The position numbers and the translations under genes are program-made. DNA of 63,959 nucleotides, counting the filler, from Reclinomonas americana ATCC 50394 (Eukaryota): NCBI GenBank assembly GCA_048213135.1. It is 8 parts of 2 records of this genome, joined end to end, with 100 filler letters (N's around TTAATTAATTAA, not from the genome) between each part and the next. Parts side by side here need not be neighbours in the genome. Positions count along the whole stretch, not along the records: positions 48,726 to 59,873 come from PS015273.1; positions 59,974 to 61,737 come from PS015273.1; positions 61,838 to 63,959 come from PS015273.1; 5 more parts are not named here. One strand, given 5' to 3'. The stretch's first letter is position 1; every line of letters starts with the position of its first letter. Under the pieces are notes generated by a model. It saw only the letters and a program-made list of their open reading frames with translations, did no database searches and had not been told where the DNA came from. Of the stretch, positions 51,901-63,959 are shown piece after piece.

Positions 51901-54206
51901 GGCCACCGAGGCCTTGTCGTCGCCGTCGTCGTCTTCGCCGTTGAGCGAGTTGGTCATGGAGGTATCGAGGAGCGACGTGTCGATAATGGCGGCGGCGGCG
52001 GCGGCGGCGGAGGCATTTGTGTTGGCGGAGGTGGTGGCGCTGCTTGCGCTCTTTCGGCGGCGGCGGGAGCGGAGGCGCTCTGNNNNNNNNNNNNNNNNNN
52101 NNNNNNNNNNNNNNNNNNNNNNNNNNNNNNNNNNNNNNNNNNNNNNNNNNNNNNNNNNNNNNNNNNNNNNNNNNNNNNNNNNNNNNNNNNNNNNNNNNNN
52201 NNNNNNNNNNNNNNNNNNNNNNNNNNNNNNNNNNNNNNNNNNNNNNNNNNNNNNNNNNNNNNNNNNNNNNNNNNNNNNNNNNNNNNNNNNNNNNNNNNNN
52301 NNNNNNNNNNNNNNNNNNNNNNNNNNNNNNNNNNNNNNNNNNNNNNNNNNNNNNNNNGGAGGAAGGGGGAGGAAGGGGGAGGAAGGGGGAGGAAGGGGGA
52401 GGAAGGGGGAGGAAGGGGGAGGGGAAGTGAAAGGAGATGTGGGAGGGTGGTACGTGAAGCGACAACTGAAATGATGTTGAGATTGTACCAGTGTACCGAG
52501 TAAGAAAGGCCAGAGGTGCCGAGAAGGGGGAGAAAGAAACAGCAAGACTAGAGACCGCTTGGTTACCTTTCTCCTGGTACAGTTCCACCTGCTCCCGTAA
52601 ATCCTGCATCGCCGCCAAGAGTACATTGTGCTGCTCGTCGGCGGCAGCTGATCAACAAGAGGAGCGGTGAGTGCATGCTTCGCTTGCGATGTTCCACGCT
52701 AATGTGACGCAACCGAGCGAGGCCTTGGAGCGATCCAATTCCGCCAGCAGATCCAGATTCTTGGAGGATGTCTCGCTGAGGTACACCTGCATGCGCTCAA
52801 TCTCCCCTTGCACGCTCTCACATGGCTCCAGTCTGCGCAAAGGTCCAAGGGTCAGCCATCTGCCGCTCACTTGCACCAGTCATTCATCTCAGCAACAACG
52901 AACCTTTGCAACACGTCGTCAAACCACTGACGCGCGTGCAACGTGGTGGCCTTGCAGACGAGATGTTCCAGTAATCGAAGAACCGGTTCGGCGTTCTCGT
53001 CCACCGTGCACGTGATGCTGTAGGTTGACTGCGGTCGCACGTGCGGAAGAGTGAGCACATGAACAAATTCCCCACGCTGAGCACCTGCACTCTGCTATTT
53101 CTGTCCTTCCCTCCCTCCCACTCCCACTCAAACACACCATTGTTGGCTTCGACCACTGCGCATTCTCATACACGCTCATGCCTCGCGCCAGCACCGTCAA
53201 GTTGTATCTCCACCGTGGACGCACAGGTACCAGTGGCTCCTCCTCCCCGTCCGCTTCACCCTCTCCTGCAGCAGCAGCAGCAGCAGCAGCAGCCGCCGCC
53301 GCTCCTTCACCGTCATAGTAACTGGAACGCACCACGAGCACACGCACAGCATGTCGCAGCGGAAAGCACTGCACACGACCGCTGTCGCCGGCGGCGTCGC
53401 CATTCGCCATCGTTTCAAGGTAGAAGGCGCGAGTGGACACGCGCAGAGCCGTGACGCAGTCACTGCAAACGGGTTGGAAATGTCGATGGTGAGTTGCATA
53501 ATGACGACAAAACCGCCGATCTCGAAAAACTACCATGTACAACTACTCTGAACACTCGTCCGCTTGCCACTCTGTCTCTGCATCTCTCACTGATCCGCGA
53601 GCTTCTGCCAGTGACTGCCAGCAAGACGAGTGTGCTGTTCTTCAATCTCTCTCGCCCTCTCGCTCTGTGTATGTGTGTGTCTGCGTGCATGACAATCCGC
53701 AACTCATCACTCCCCAAGTCATCCTCGTCCTCGTCCTCCTCATCCTCCTGCGACTTCCTCTCATCGCTGCTCTTGCGCACCACTCCCACGCTATCATCAT
53801 CATCATCATCATCATCCTCCTCCTCCTCGAGTGGCGTCGGAGCCGGCGGCACCATGAGCGCCACCTGCGCTCTGTGCGCGACCACGCCCGCCAGCACCGC
53901 CTCACAGCCGTTCCCACTGAGCGCACTCAGTGCGGCGGAGAAGAGCGCACTGGGGATGGTCGGAATACCACTGGCGCATGTCAGGCCTCCGCCTCGCGGA
54001 GACATGGAGAAGGCGGAGGATGCGTCGTCGTCATTGGCGAGGCTGTTGCTGCTGGTGATGGCGGTGACTGGAGGTGGAGAAGAGGGTGTTGTTGTTGTTG
54101 TTGTTGTTGTTGCGGAGGTGGTGATTTCATGGTCGTGAGTGCCGTTGTGTTGCGGCGGGTGTTGTGCGGTGATGAGCAGCGGGGCAAAGAAACTGCTGAG
54201 ATCCAT
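48947..54206 (-). CDS. Large multi-exon protein: low-complexity N-terminus, PH/GRAM-like beta region, long coiled coils
   Basis: MDLSSFF..., ALRVSTRAFYLE..VQCFPLRHAVRV (PH-like, inference), and heptad-rich exons (EIERMQVYLSETSSKNLDLLAEL; LRREMRLISEQNRL; LQLQDRVNELTA) joined by GT-AG introns. Confidence 0.7.
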
Positions 54207-54870
54207 CTCAGTATCTGTCTGTGTGTCTGTGTGCTATGTGTGTGCAGAGGTGGGAGATTGGTGTGTGCGTGTCTCTTTCTATCTGTGAGTGTGAGTGTGT
54301 GTGTGTGTGTGTGCCAGCGGCACGCGCTCGTCGGTGTTGCGATTTCTCTCACACGATTGATGAAAAACTGTTTGTCCGTTATCTCGCGAAATCGCTTTTC
54401 GTGTGAAAAGCAGGAATTGGTTACGGGTTTTGAGAGGCGAGAGTGGAGTGTGGAAGGAGTGCGATGGGTAGCGGGTGTGCCGGGCGTGCACGAGTGGTGA
54501 GACGGATTGATGAATCGAAAAGCCAAAAAAGGAATTTCCGGACGTCGACGTCTTGCAGTGCCACCAGTGGTCTTTGCAGGCATCTTTGGAGGTGGTAGTG
54601 ACTGCGGGCACGAGGAGTGCGAGGATTGAGTGTTGGAGAGGGTGGGGTGGTCAACGTCGACAACATGAGTGCGAGTTTGTTCGATTTGCAATTGCAAGCA
54701 ACCAATACGCAGCGGGCACTTCCGATTACCTGATATTTGACTCGGGAAAACACAGCGCTCACCACGACACGGCAGAGAGTACTGTCAAGCACAATTGTCG
54801 ATCTCTGTCTGCAATGCCGGCATACGCCCTCCACCTTCATTCTCTTACAGGCTACATTGTCTGCACTGCT

Positions 54871-57800
54871 CTAGAAACGAAAGCCCACATCGAACAGTGA
54901 ACGCAAATCGTTGATGCTGGTGTTGCTGGTGTTGCTGCCACTGCTGCAGCTGTGTTGTTGCAGCACGCCCTCAATCCTGCGACTGCACTGATCGCTGCCC
55001 ACCTCCCGACACAGATGCTCCGCCGACACGTAACCAGTCGCCGACCTGCGATTCGAGATCGCTTGAGCAAGAGCAGTCACGTCGTCTTTGACTTTCGCTG
55101 CCTCCTTGTCGCCGACGGCATTCATCAGAACATCAGATAGGGTCGCCGCAAGGTCAACGTTGCCTGGATGCAAAGCGTTCAGCAGTATTTGACCTGCCGC
55201 AACGAGCCACACATTGAGGTAAGCATACTCCCAACGTAGCACTCACCTCTTTTTCACCTCTGTGATGCACGCGGGTTCAACAGCCACGTGCATCGAATGA
55301 TGCGCAGCGGCCAAGTACGCACACAAACACAAAAAACAGCAAACATAGATACATACATACACACACTCTCTCCCACAGAGGGAGAGAGAGTGAGAGGACT
55401 GCTGCAACATGACGAAGCGCCACATCTGGCTGCTGTGGTCTCGCTTTCTCTTTTTCTCTCAGAATCTCACAAAAGAGCACTCTTCTCCTCTAGACTCTCT
55501 ACACCACTCTTTGTCGAAGCGACCGACTCCTTTGCTCTTGCTCTTGCTATCCGAGCTACTCGTGTCCTCTCAACGGTCTGCATCTGTCCACTCCAACATC
55601 AGCACGCAACTTGTTCGCAGAGGCATGTCACAAAACGTTGGCCCGTAGTACACCGACGCCACAGTCTTGTCGATAACGATGAAACGGCGAAGCTCTTCGT
55701 CGCTTGGGCGTCGTCTCTTCTTCACTGTTCCCCACGCATCGGCGCTTACGTCGGGAATGGCATGCGGCGACGACAGCACGGCAAGCCACGACGCCGATGA
55801 ATTGTTCTCAATGTAGCGTCCAATCTGCTCATCACCACCATTCTCAGCACGACATGCTGTTCTGCATCCTTGGTTGACAAGCCACTCACCTCACACGTAC
55901 GCTGCATCGCGCGCTGAACAGCTTCGGCATCAGCAAAAAGCAACTTGCACTGCTCGAGAATCACAATTTCCTTCTTGTCAACAGTCTCCACCACCGTCAT
56001 GATGTCGCATCCATAGGCATCATTGCTTGTCATGCGCACGACCGGCATCGTCTCGTCTAACTGGCGGACTTTCACCGGCTCAGTTGGTTTCGTCTGTTAT
56101 TTCGACATGTCAGTCAACGCAGCAGCTGTTGAGAGCCGAAGGTAGAATCACCTTGCGTGCGAGCTCCTTCTTTGTCAACCAAGAGGGTGACCAGCGCGGA
56201 CCCACAATGTCCACTGTCCCTCCGGACCAGCCTTCACGACGTAACGCACTTTTCCACAAGGGGTGGCGCCCAAGAAGACCTGAATAAGACTGCAGCTTAG
56301 CAAACATGCCACAGAGTGCACACGAATCTCTCAGGAGCACCATACCTATTTTCGCACCCTCCAAACGATAGACAGAAGACAGCCAGGCCGCAGGTGCCGG
56401 ATCCGCCAAGTATCGCTCAAGTTGCATGGCAATGTACGCTGTACGCCACTTTTCAAACGCCTCAAATGGCTGCAAATCGCCGCCTTCCAACCCGACGCTC
56501 AAGCTGGCAACACGTGCGGCTAGTTGACCAACAGTCCCCAGTACTTGTGCCTTCATAATGTATGTCAGCGGCACATACACTCGTGCTCCATCGTCACTCG
56601 CCTGTCCCGCCATGCACGAGTGATTAGCTGTATGGACAAACACTCGCACACACATACACACAGCAACGACACACCTTGCGGAGAATCGCATATCCATCTG
56701 ACTCGGCCTCCTCAATGAATGCAGAATTAACGATCTTGGCGTCAATCGCGGCCAACAGAATAGTCTTCGCCACAGACTTGTCAGAGTCCGACATACTTTC
56801 CGCTTTTTTGTGAAGCTTCAAGTCATCAATTGTCAGCAACACCTCCTCTGCATCGCCAGCGCAGATAAGTAAACTCTGCGCACACAAGCTTTAGGAACGA
56901 ATAACAATGTACACGCAACGAGGATTTCCGGCAGTCTCCATCTTCATGCACCCTACAGCGAATTGGTCGACGGGGCAGCACAGTAAGTACAGAAATAGTC
57001 AGGCCACAGCGCGAGAGTCGACGCAACCTACGGCAGCTGTGACTACCTCGATCTGCGATCGCGTCAAGGAGGAACGACTGTCGAGCAGAGTCCGCAGTGC
57101 TCGACTCGTTCGCCAAGCCACGTGAATTGATGCCGGAAGGCCGGCTTCAGTCGCGCCCGAATCTGCGCACTTCAAAATTGGCATGTACATACGGGAGAAC
57201 ACAACACACCACTGCGTCACTACTTGGCAAGCTGCAGTACTGTTCTTCACCATCCTCTCTATCCAATACTCTAGCGCATGCGACAAATCACGCAAGCAGC
57301 CATGATCTACGCTCACTGCCCGTGTCCATATTCTATCTTCGCGCTCTCAGAGACTAACAGTCACACGTGCAACTCATCATCGTTGAAAATGTGTCTACAG
57401 ATCTACATATACTCCGCACTATTCGTCCAACAGCACGCAACTCGGCACAATGGTCTCGAATATTTGGCGCATGAGCTCGTCTGTTTCCAGCGGAAGCAGT
57501 GGAATGCCGGGGACACGGAGGACCTTAACACCAGAAATTTTCGACAAGACTTCAGTATCCACAGTGATTAATCCGGCAAGCATCGGCACCACAAGGTTCG
57601 GTGGTTTGCATGAGTCGATGATGGCGCGCAACGCGTACTTGAGGCGCTGCCGACGGAAACTCTGAGCGTAGGAAACAGTGTGGTGTTGCTAGTGAGTGTG
57701 TCTTCGCAAGCGAGAAAGCACGGCGAGAGTTTCACATCAGGAGAGCCTCTTTCGCTAAAACACACAACTGCATCGCCGTCAGTGTACACAAACTCCTGAA

Positions 57801-59009
57801 CGTCGTCTAGCAAGCAGATAACAGCCAGTCTGCGAGTGGAAGTGATAAGCGACATGAAACCTCATGTTCGAGAAGGCAAGTCACTCGATTAAACAAACTT
57901 GGCATCTGGATTCAGCTTCTTGGCGTCCATGAGATCCAAACGGATGCACTGCATTGCAACCTCAGTTGAGAGCTTCCGCCACGTCTCGGGATACGCATCG
58001 CAGATCTTGTTGAGGATGTCGTAGTAGGCCGTGTTCCGCTTGCAGAAATGCGACAGCAGCAACCGCCATGCGGTGGCCGATAGAATGCTGTCCTTGGAGG
58101 GCGGCGTCTGCTTGCCATCGTGTGCCGTGAAGTCCTCGCAGAAAGCGACTCCACCGAGCTTATATGCGTTGTCATACACCAAGCCCAGCCGATGCACGAC
58201 ATATCCCGCTGTATCGCACACAGATAAGTTGACAAGAAAACAACACCTCTTCCCCTCCACTCCAGGCAATCTTTCCTCTCACACTGCAAGTGCAGGGGGA
58301 GCCACTCACCACCCTGCAGCTCCTTCTCAAACTCAGACGCCGCCAACGTCATCTGAAGTGTCTTGCCAACACCTGCCGTGCCCATAAAAGCAGGCACTGC
58401 ACACCGGCCCTGGCTCGTCGACCCAGTCAACCAGGGCTGGATGAGGTCACGCACGAAGTTCATGGGCTCATCCTTGGGCAACACCGGAATTCGCAGCTCC
58501 ACCAGGCCTGTGTTCGCGTGCACGGCAACACCGTGATTGCGAAACACGCTCTGCAACGCCTGTGGGAGAAAAGCACTGATCCTCAAAGGATAGTGATCGA
58601 TCTGTAACAATCCATGAGTGAGAGAATGCATGAGAAATGGAGAGTGTGAATGAGAGTGAATGAGAGAGAGAGAGCGAGTCACACACGCTCTCACTCACCC
58701 GTCTCTTGTCCCTCATCTTCATCTCTCTCTCTCATCGGTCATCTTTCTCCCTCGCACACACACGCACGCATTTTTACATCAACACATTCGTGGCACACTC
58801 ACCCGAACGCCCTGACCGCGTGCGTTGTCGTCGCTCTCAATCTCCAACCCGCGCACTTGTGCACGCAATCCGTGCGCGTCCACAATGAAGTCGCGCAGCT
58901 TGGTGGCATTGGTGAAGATCTCTTGCTGCGCAGCCGCGGCCTCTACAGTGACAATCCAGCGACGACCAGTGGCGAGGAAGGGCGGTAGCACCTTGCGCGC
59001 ACACCACAT
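54871..59009 (-). CDS. Crinkler/RHS-type (CR) effector-like protein: P-loop NTPase plus PD-(D/E)xK-type nuclease domain
   Basis: Walker A MGTAGVGKT (~58360-58390), Walker B VICLLDDVQ (~57800-57830), VVPMLAG, PFEAFEKW, GCDIMTV...ILEQCK (~55945-56015) and VIDKTVASVYYGPTF. Confidence 0.72.
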
Positions 59010-59189
59010 TCTTGTCTTGTTTTTTCCGAAGTTTTGTCAACAATGTTATTATGTAAATGGATTCCAACCCAAGCAGCAACACAGCTGCATAATGGTCACC
59101 ATCTTGAGTGATTAAGAGAGCATCAGAAACTGAGATATCGCGGATCAGCTGCAGCTGCAGCACGATCGCGACGTCGATCGAAATATCGA

Positions 59190-59288
59190 AGCACGTGTTT
59201 GCTTAACTTTGCCTCCTGAAAGGGAAGATGACTGTTTGGAGAAGACTATCGTTGTTCATTGTCGGCAAGGGATTTGTGGGCGTTTATC
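59190..59288 (-). repeat. Family A element copy
   Basis: The reverse complement reads gataaacgcccacaaatcccttgccgac...ttctccaaacagtcatcttccctttcaggaggcaaagttaagcaaacacgtgc. Confidence 0.85.
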
Positions 59289-59501
59289 AAAACTCACTGC
59301 ACATGCTGATCATGAACGTCGATGAGCACTCGACGTCGTACGCCGCATGCGTAGTGGCAAGCACTGCACAGCTCAGAGAGGCGGCCTTCTTCCACCCACC
59401 ACCACAAGCACTCTCTTGCACAGCTCGCCGAACTGTATTCCGGCCCTGTCCCATCAACGAGAGGGACCATTTTTCAGTCAAGAACCCTCTCCAACAGCAA
59501 G

Positions 59502-59551
59502 ATGGACTCGACAATCGTCATGGCTGTGCTCACACAGTGGCTGGGCGGGAG

Positions 59552-59592
<41 letters not shown>

Positions 59593-59705
59593 ACTCATTA
59601 CTTGCTTGTGTGTGTTTGTAGGCATTTTACAGCCGCTCTTGCAGCCTCTGCCTCCGTCGCAGGCGGGTCGAGTGGCGCAGATGTTGGAGCGCACGCGACG
59701 GGCAG
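59502..59705 (+). CDS. First two exons of a hypothetical gene (truncated at contig end)
   Basis: MDSTIVMAVLTQWLGGRG|ILQPLLQPLPPSQAGRVAQMLERTRRA with a phase-consistent GT-AG intron. Confidence 0.45.
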
Positions 59706-60028
59706 GTGTGTGAGAGAGAGAAGAGAGAGGAAAGGGGAAGGGTGTGAGTGAGTGAAAGAGAGAGAGAGAGAGGGAGTGTGTGTGTGTGAGAGAGAGAGAG
59801 GGAGTGAGCGAGAGAGAGAGAGAGAGAGGAGCGGTGGTGAGTGAGTGAGTGAGTGTGTGTGTGTGTGAGAGAGNNNNNNNNNNNNNNNNNNNNNNNNNNN
59901 NNNNNNNNNNNNNNNNNTTAATTAATTAANNNNNNNNNNNNNNNNNNNNNNNNNNNNNNNNNNNNNNNNNNNNAATGAGGTGAGTGTGAATGCTGGAAGG
60001 GATTACGTGCGATCGTGCGATCACTCAC

Positions 60029-63000
60029 CTGCACGCGCTCCAACCCGCTGATGCGCACGCCCACCAGGCGGATTTTGCCGTGCATGTGCTTGTGCACCAG
60101 GCTCTCCACGATGGGGAAGATCTGAAAAAGGGAAAGAGTGGGAGAAGGAAAAGGGGGGAGTGAGAAGGGAGAAGGGTGCGGTGGAAGAACAACTTGCATG
60201 TATACTCATCTCTTTTTTGTGGTTCTCTAAGCCAGAGGGACAGGAAAGAACGGGAAAGAGAACAGACAGTGCGTTGGTGCACAAGGAGAACTCAGTGCTC
60301 CCTCTTCCAATCTCTTTCTCTCTCCACTCTCCTTTCTCAAGGGGAACTGGTGAACGAGAGAAGGTGCATGCTGTACTCGTCAAGTGCCATCTGACATGCT
60401 GTCTTACCACATCCCACATGCTGCTTCTCGCTCACTCATTGTCATGCCGAGAGAGAATGCAATAGAGTGCATCAAGTGTGAAACCAAGAAAAAATGCCGC
60501 ACCTCTCTCGCCAGCCGAATGGGAGCCGGAACGGAGACGGCTCGAGTGGTAATCTGCACACAGCCAGAATCAGTAAGGCTGCCTTCATCATTCTTCCATC
60601 GAGACGCTCACCTGAAAGTTGGTTGTCTTCAACTTGAGCGTGATTGTCCTTCCGCGCCGCTGACCCCGTGCGAGATCCTGTTCCAGTTCCTCGCACATCT
60701 GTGTCCCGAGAAACGGGCATTCAGTCAGCGCGTAAAAACACTCGCCGATGGTGGCTCATACCGTCTGCACACGATCGATAATATCGTCGACATTGTCGGT
60801 GCCCATAAACGTGGACTCGGTGGAGTAGCTCTTGCGCTCGGCCGGCGGCCTGCACACGGCCCTTCATCAGTCATGAAGACAACTCGAAAAAACACTCCAA
60901 CTCTCGCAACGCACCCTTCGCGAATGTTGCGCGACAACCCGATGCTCTTGCGCAACAAGAAATGACTGGTCATGTCGCGAAACACCAGCAGCAGGAGCGC
61001 ACGTTGTGCAATCAGGTCGCCGAGCGTGTGGCAATCGAGAAATGTCAGCAGTCGTTCGGTCACCTGCACTGAGTTGAGCAGGCAGGCAGGCGTGGTGCGC
61101 CTGAGGAGCGACACACACACACACACACACACGTACCTTGCCAATGCCTGGAATCTTGCGAGTGGGCAGTGGTCGCATGTAGGCCTCAATGGCGTCGGCA
61201 TCGAACGGCAGCATGAACTGGCCGTTCGGCTTGTTGACGTTGCTGGCGACCTTGGCGAGCATGCGCTGCGCGCAGGCAAGAGAATGGCTATGAGGCGTGG
61301 AGGGCAAAGGCGAAGGGAAACAAGTAGCAGTGAATGATCATAGAGAGAAACAAGGAAACTGAGAGAGGGACAGAATCAAAGAGAACAGAGTGAGAAAACA
61401 GGAAAGAAAGAGAGCGACAGAGAGAGAGAGAGAGAGAGCAAGACAGAGGATCCCCTTCTCTCGCGCGCGTCGCAACATTGGGGCCGATACCGATGCTGGC
61501 GGTGAGTCGGGTTTCCCTGCAGAACGCGGTCAATGGAGAAGCGCGTGTCATCAACAGCAGTATGCACGAGGCAACACACGCTTCAATCTCCTGTCGGATG
61601 CGGGAGGCAAGGTCGGCGCGGGAGAGGCCGCGATGGGCGCTCCTGGAGGGACGACGGTGAGAAGGGAGGACGAGGGAGAAAAGGAGCAGGAGGAAAATAA
61701 GAAGTGAACACAGAGAGCATGCATGACTGGAGGAGGGNNNNNNNNNNNNNNNNNNNNNNNNNNNNNNNNNNNNNNNNNNNNTTAATTAATTAANNNNNNN
61801 NNNNNNNNNNNNNNNNNNNNNNNNNNNNNNNNNNNNNCAGGAGACAGCAGTAGGTAGCGAAGACAACGGGAGAGAAAGGGTGCTCCTGGGGGTAACAGAG
61901 AGAAGGGAGGACGTGGAATAGAAGGAGCACGAGGGAAAGAAGAGGAGCAGAATCGGGAGGAGTGCAAAAGTGAACACAGAGAGCATGCATGACTGGAGGA
62001 TGGCAGTAGACAGCAGCAGATGAAGACTAAGGGGAGAGAGGGTGCTCCTGGAGGGGTNNNNNNNNNNNNNNNNNNNNNNNNNNNNNNNNNNNNNNNNNNN
62101 NNNNNNNNNNNNNNNNNNNNNNNNNNNNNNNNNNNNNNNNNNNNNNNNNNNNNNNNNNNNNNNNNNNNNNNNNNNNNNNNNNNNNNNNNNNNNNNNNNNN
62201 NNNNNNNNNNNNNNNNNNNNNNNNNNNNNNNNNNNNNNNNNNNNNNNNNNNNNNNNNNNNNNNNNNNNNNNNNNNNNNNNNNNNNNNNNNNNNNNNNNNN
62301 NNNNNNNNNNNNNNNNNNNNNNNNNNNNNNNNNNNNNNNNNNNNNNNNNNNNNNNNNNNNNNNNNNNNNNNNNNNNNNNNNNNNNNNNNNNNNNNNNNNN
62401 NNNNNNNNNNNNNNNNNNNNNNNNNNNNNNNNNNNNNNNNNNNNNNNNNNNNNNNNNNNNNNNNNNNNNNNNNNNNNNNNNNNNNNNNNNNNNNNNNNNN
62501 NNNNNNNNNNNNNNNNNNNNNNNNNNNNNNNNNNNNNNNNNNNNNNNNNNNNNNNNNNNNNNNNNNNNNNNNNNNNNNNNNNNNNNNNNNNNNNNNNNNN
62601 NNNNNNNNNNNNNNNNNNAACAGTGAGAAGGGAGGACGAGGAAGAGAAGAAGCAGGGAGGGAAAGAAGAGGAGCAGAATCGGGAGGAGTGCAAAAGAGAA
62701 CACAGAGAGCATACATGACTGGAGGAAGAAGAGGATTTAAAAGGACAGGACAGGAGGCAGCAGTAGGTAGTGAAGACGAAGGGGAGAAGAGGCTTGAGGA
62801 GAACCTGAAGGAAAAGAAAAAATATCTCGTAAGAATGTATGCCACGCGACATGTGCTTGTCAGGCAACTACTCCTTCTGGTTCCACTCACAAGTAGTCCG
62901 TGACATCGAGGTACGCCTCGTCCAGCGAGGCCATTTCAAAATCTGTCACACAATAGGTCAGTCGTCGAACAGGAAACAACACCGCGACCGTCACATCAGC

Positions 63001-63374
63001 TCACTGGGATCGTATCGTGCAAGAATCGGCCGAATCTCGCGACTTGCCGCCGTGTACCTGCTCGCCACAGTCAGACTCGCGCAATGCTGGACCGGCTGCT
63101 GCTGTTGACGGCACGCAACTTGGTGAAACTCGGCTTGATGAGCTTGAGCTCGGGGCACAACTTGAGACCGATGAAGCCAGGCATCGCGGAGCGCACGCCC
63201 TTTAGTCGTGCCTCGTAGCTGCTCGTGCACAGCATGCCCATACCGCCGACGGCCACAGGCAAGCCTCGCAGTTCGGGTCGATCGCGGAGTTCCTGCGGGT
63301 CGGGGGAAGGATGAGAGGGAGGAGGAGGGACGGAGAAGGTGGGACGGACGGGCGTTGCCTGCATACCACGGCCA
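60029..63374 (-). CDS. POLK: Y-family DNA polymerase kappa (DinB), both ends outside the visible sequence
   Basis: ELRDRPELRGLPVAVGGMGMLCTSSYEAR..GVRSAMPGFIG..LCP, SLDEAYLDVT, LTASIGIGPN|RMLAKVASNVNKPNGQ, RKIPGIGK, ERKSYSTESTF, GRTITLKLK and IRLVGVRIS. Confidence 0.96.
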
Positions 63375-63959
63375 CTGCGAAGAAATGCACAAGAGTCAAT
63401 GAGTGAAGGGAGTGGCGGGAAAGGGAGAGTGAGAGAGAGAGACCAGAGGAGAGAGAGAGAGGAGGAGCTCCACAACTCGCGCGCTCCTTGTAGCTTCTTC
63501 TTCCTTATTGCTGCTGTTCGTGTTGGCGGTGGTGTCATTGTTCTTTCGCCTTCATGCTTCTTCCTCTGCTTCTTGTTTCTCGAGGTGGGGCTACTGCTGC
63601 TGTTGTCCCAGTTGTTGTTGGTAGTGATAATATGACAACGGTTTTCTTCTCCTCTTCCCTCTTCGTGCTCTTGCTCTCGTTCTTCTTGTTCTCCTTCGCC
63701 TTCTTCTCATTTAACTTTTCTCTTCTTCCTCTGCCCCTCCTCCTCCTCCTTCTCTTATTCTTGTTCTTCTTCCTGCTCTTCTTCTTGTTCTTGTTCTTGT
63801 TCTTCTCTTCCTCCTCCTCCTCCTCCTTCATCTTCTCATTCTCCCCTCCTCCTCCTTCTTCTACTTCAACCGGGCTCTCCTCGTGCGAGGCGGATCAACA
63901 AGATGAATCGATCAATGGGACTCTTCCTGCCCGATACTCAGTGCGAATCCATCACATAC

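Overview
Intron-rich, GC-rich nuclear DNA of a flagellated microbial eukaryote (it encodes IFT81); I cannot name the organism. It is a draft pseudo-scaffold: at least 8 pieces are joined by N-TTAATTAATTAA-N linkers, and many internal N gaps sit next to microsatellites. Splicing exons by eye gives about 20 protein genes or gene fragments: a NACHT-type NTPase, a protein kinase, RPS6, a bacterial-type ThrRS-N/uridine kinase, a Qa-SNARE syntaxin, an ankyrin protein, an AlkB-like N-terminus, a double-homeodomain protein, an 83-aa five-exon gene, LRR, ARM/SPRY-like and TPR proteins, RPC34, IFT81, a PH-like/coiled-coil protein, a Crinkler/RHS-type NTPase+nuclease and DNA polymerase kappa, plus tRNA-Ala(AGC). 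The strongest signal is in splicing. About 25 of the roughly 95 introns I could place use a 7-nt donor GTTG(C/A)GT, i.e. the usual GTG(C/A)GT with one extra T. These donors almost never have G at exon position -1, which points to routine shifted or bulged U1 recognition, or to a variant U1/U6. Also notable: a syntaxin ending in a CaaX box instead of a transmembrane helix, an RPS6 with an Ala/Lys/Pro tail, and a dispersed element lying co-oriented upstream of three unrelated genes. All gene models are manual and lack transcript support.
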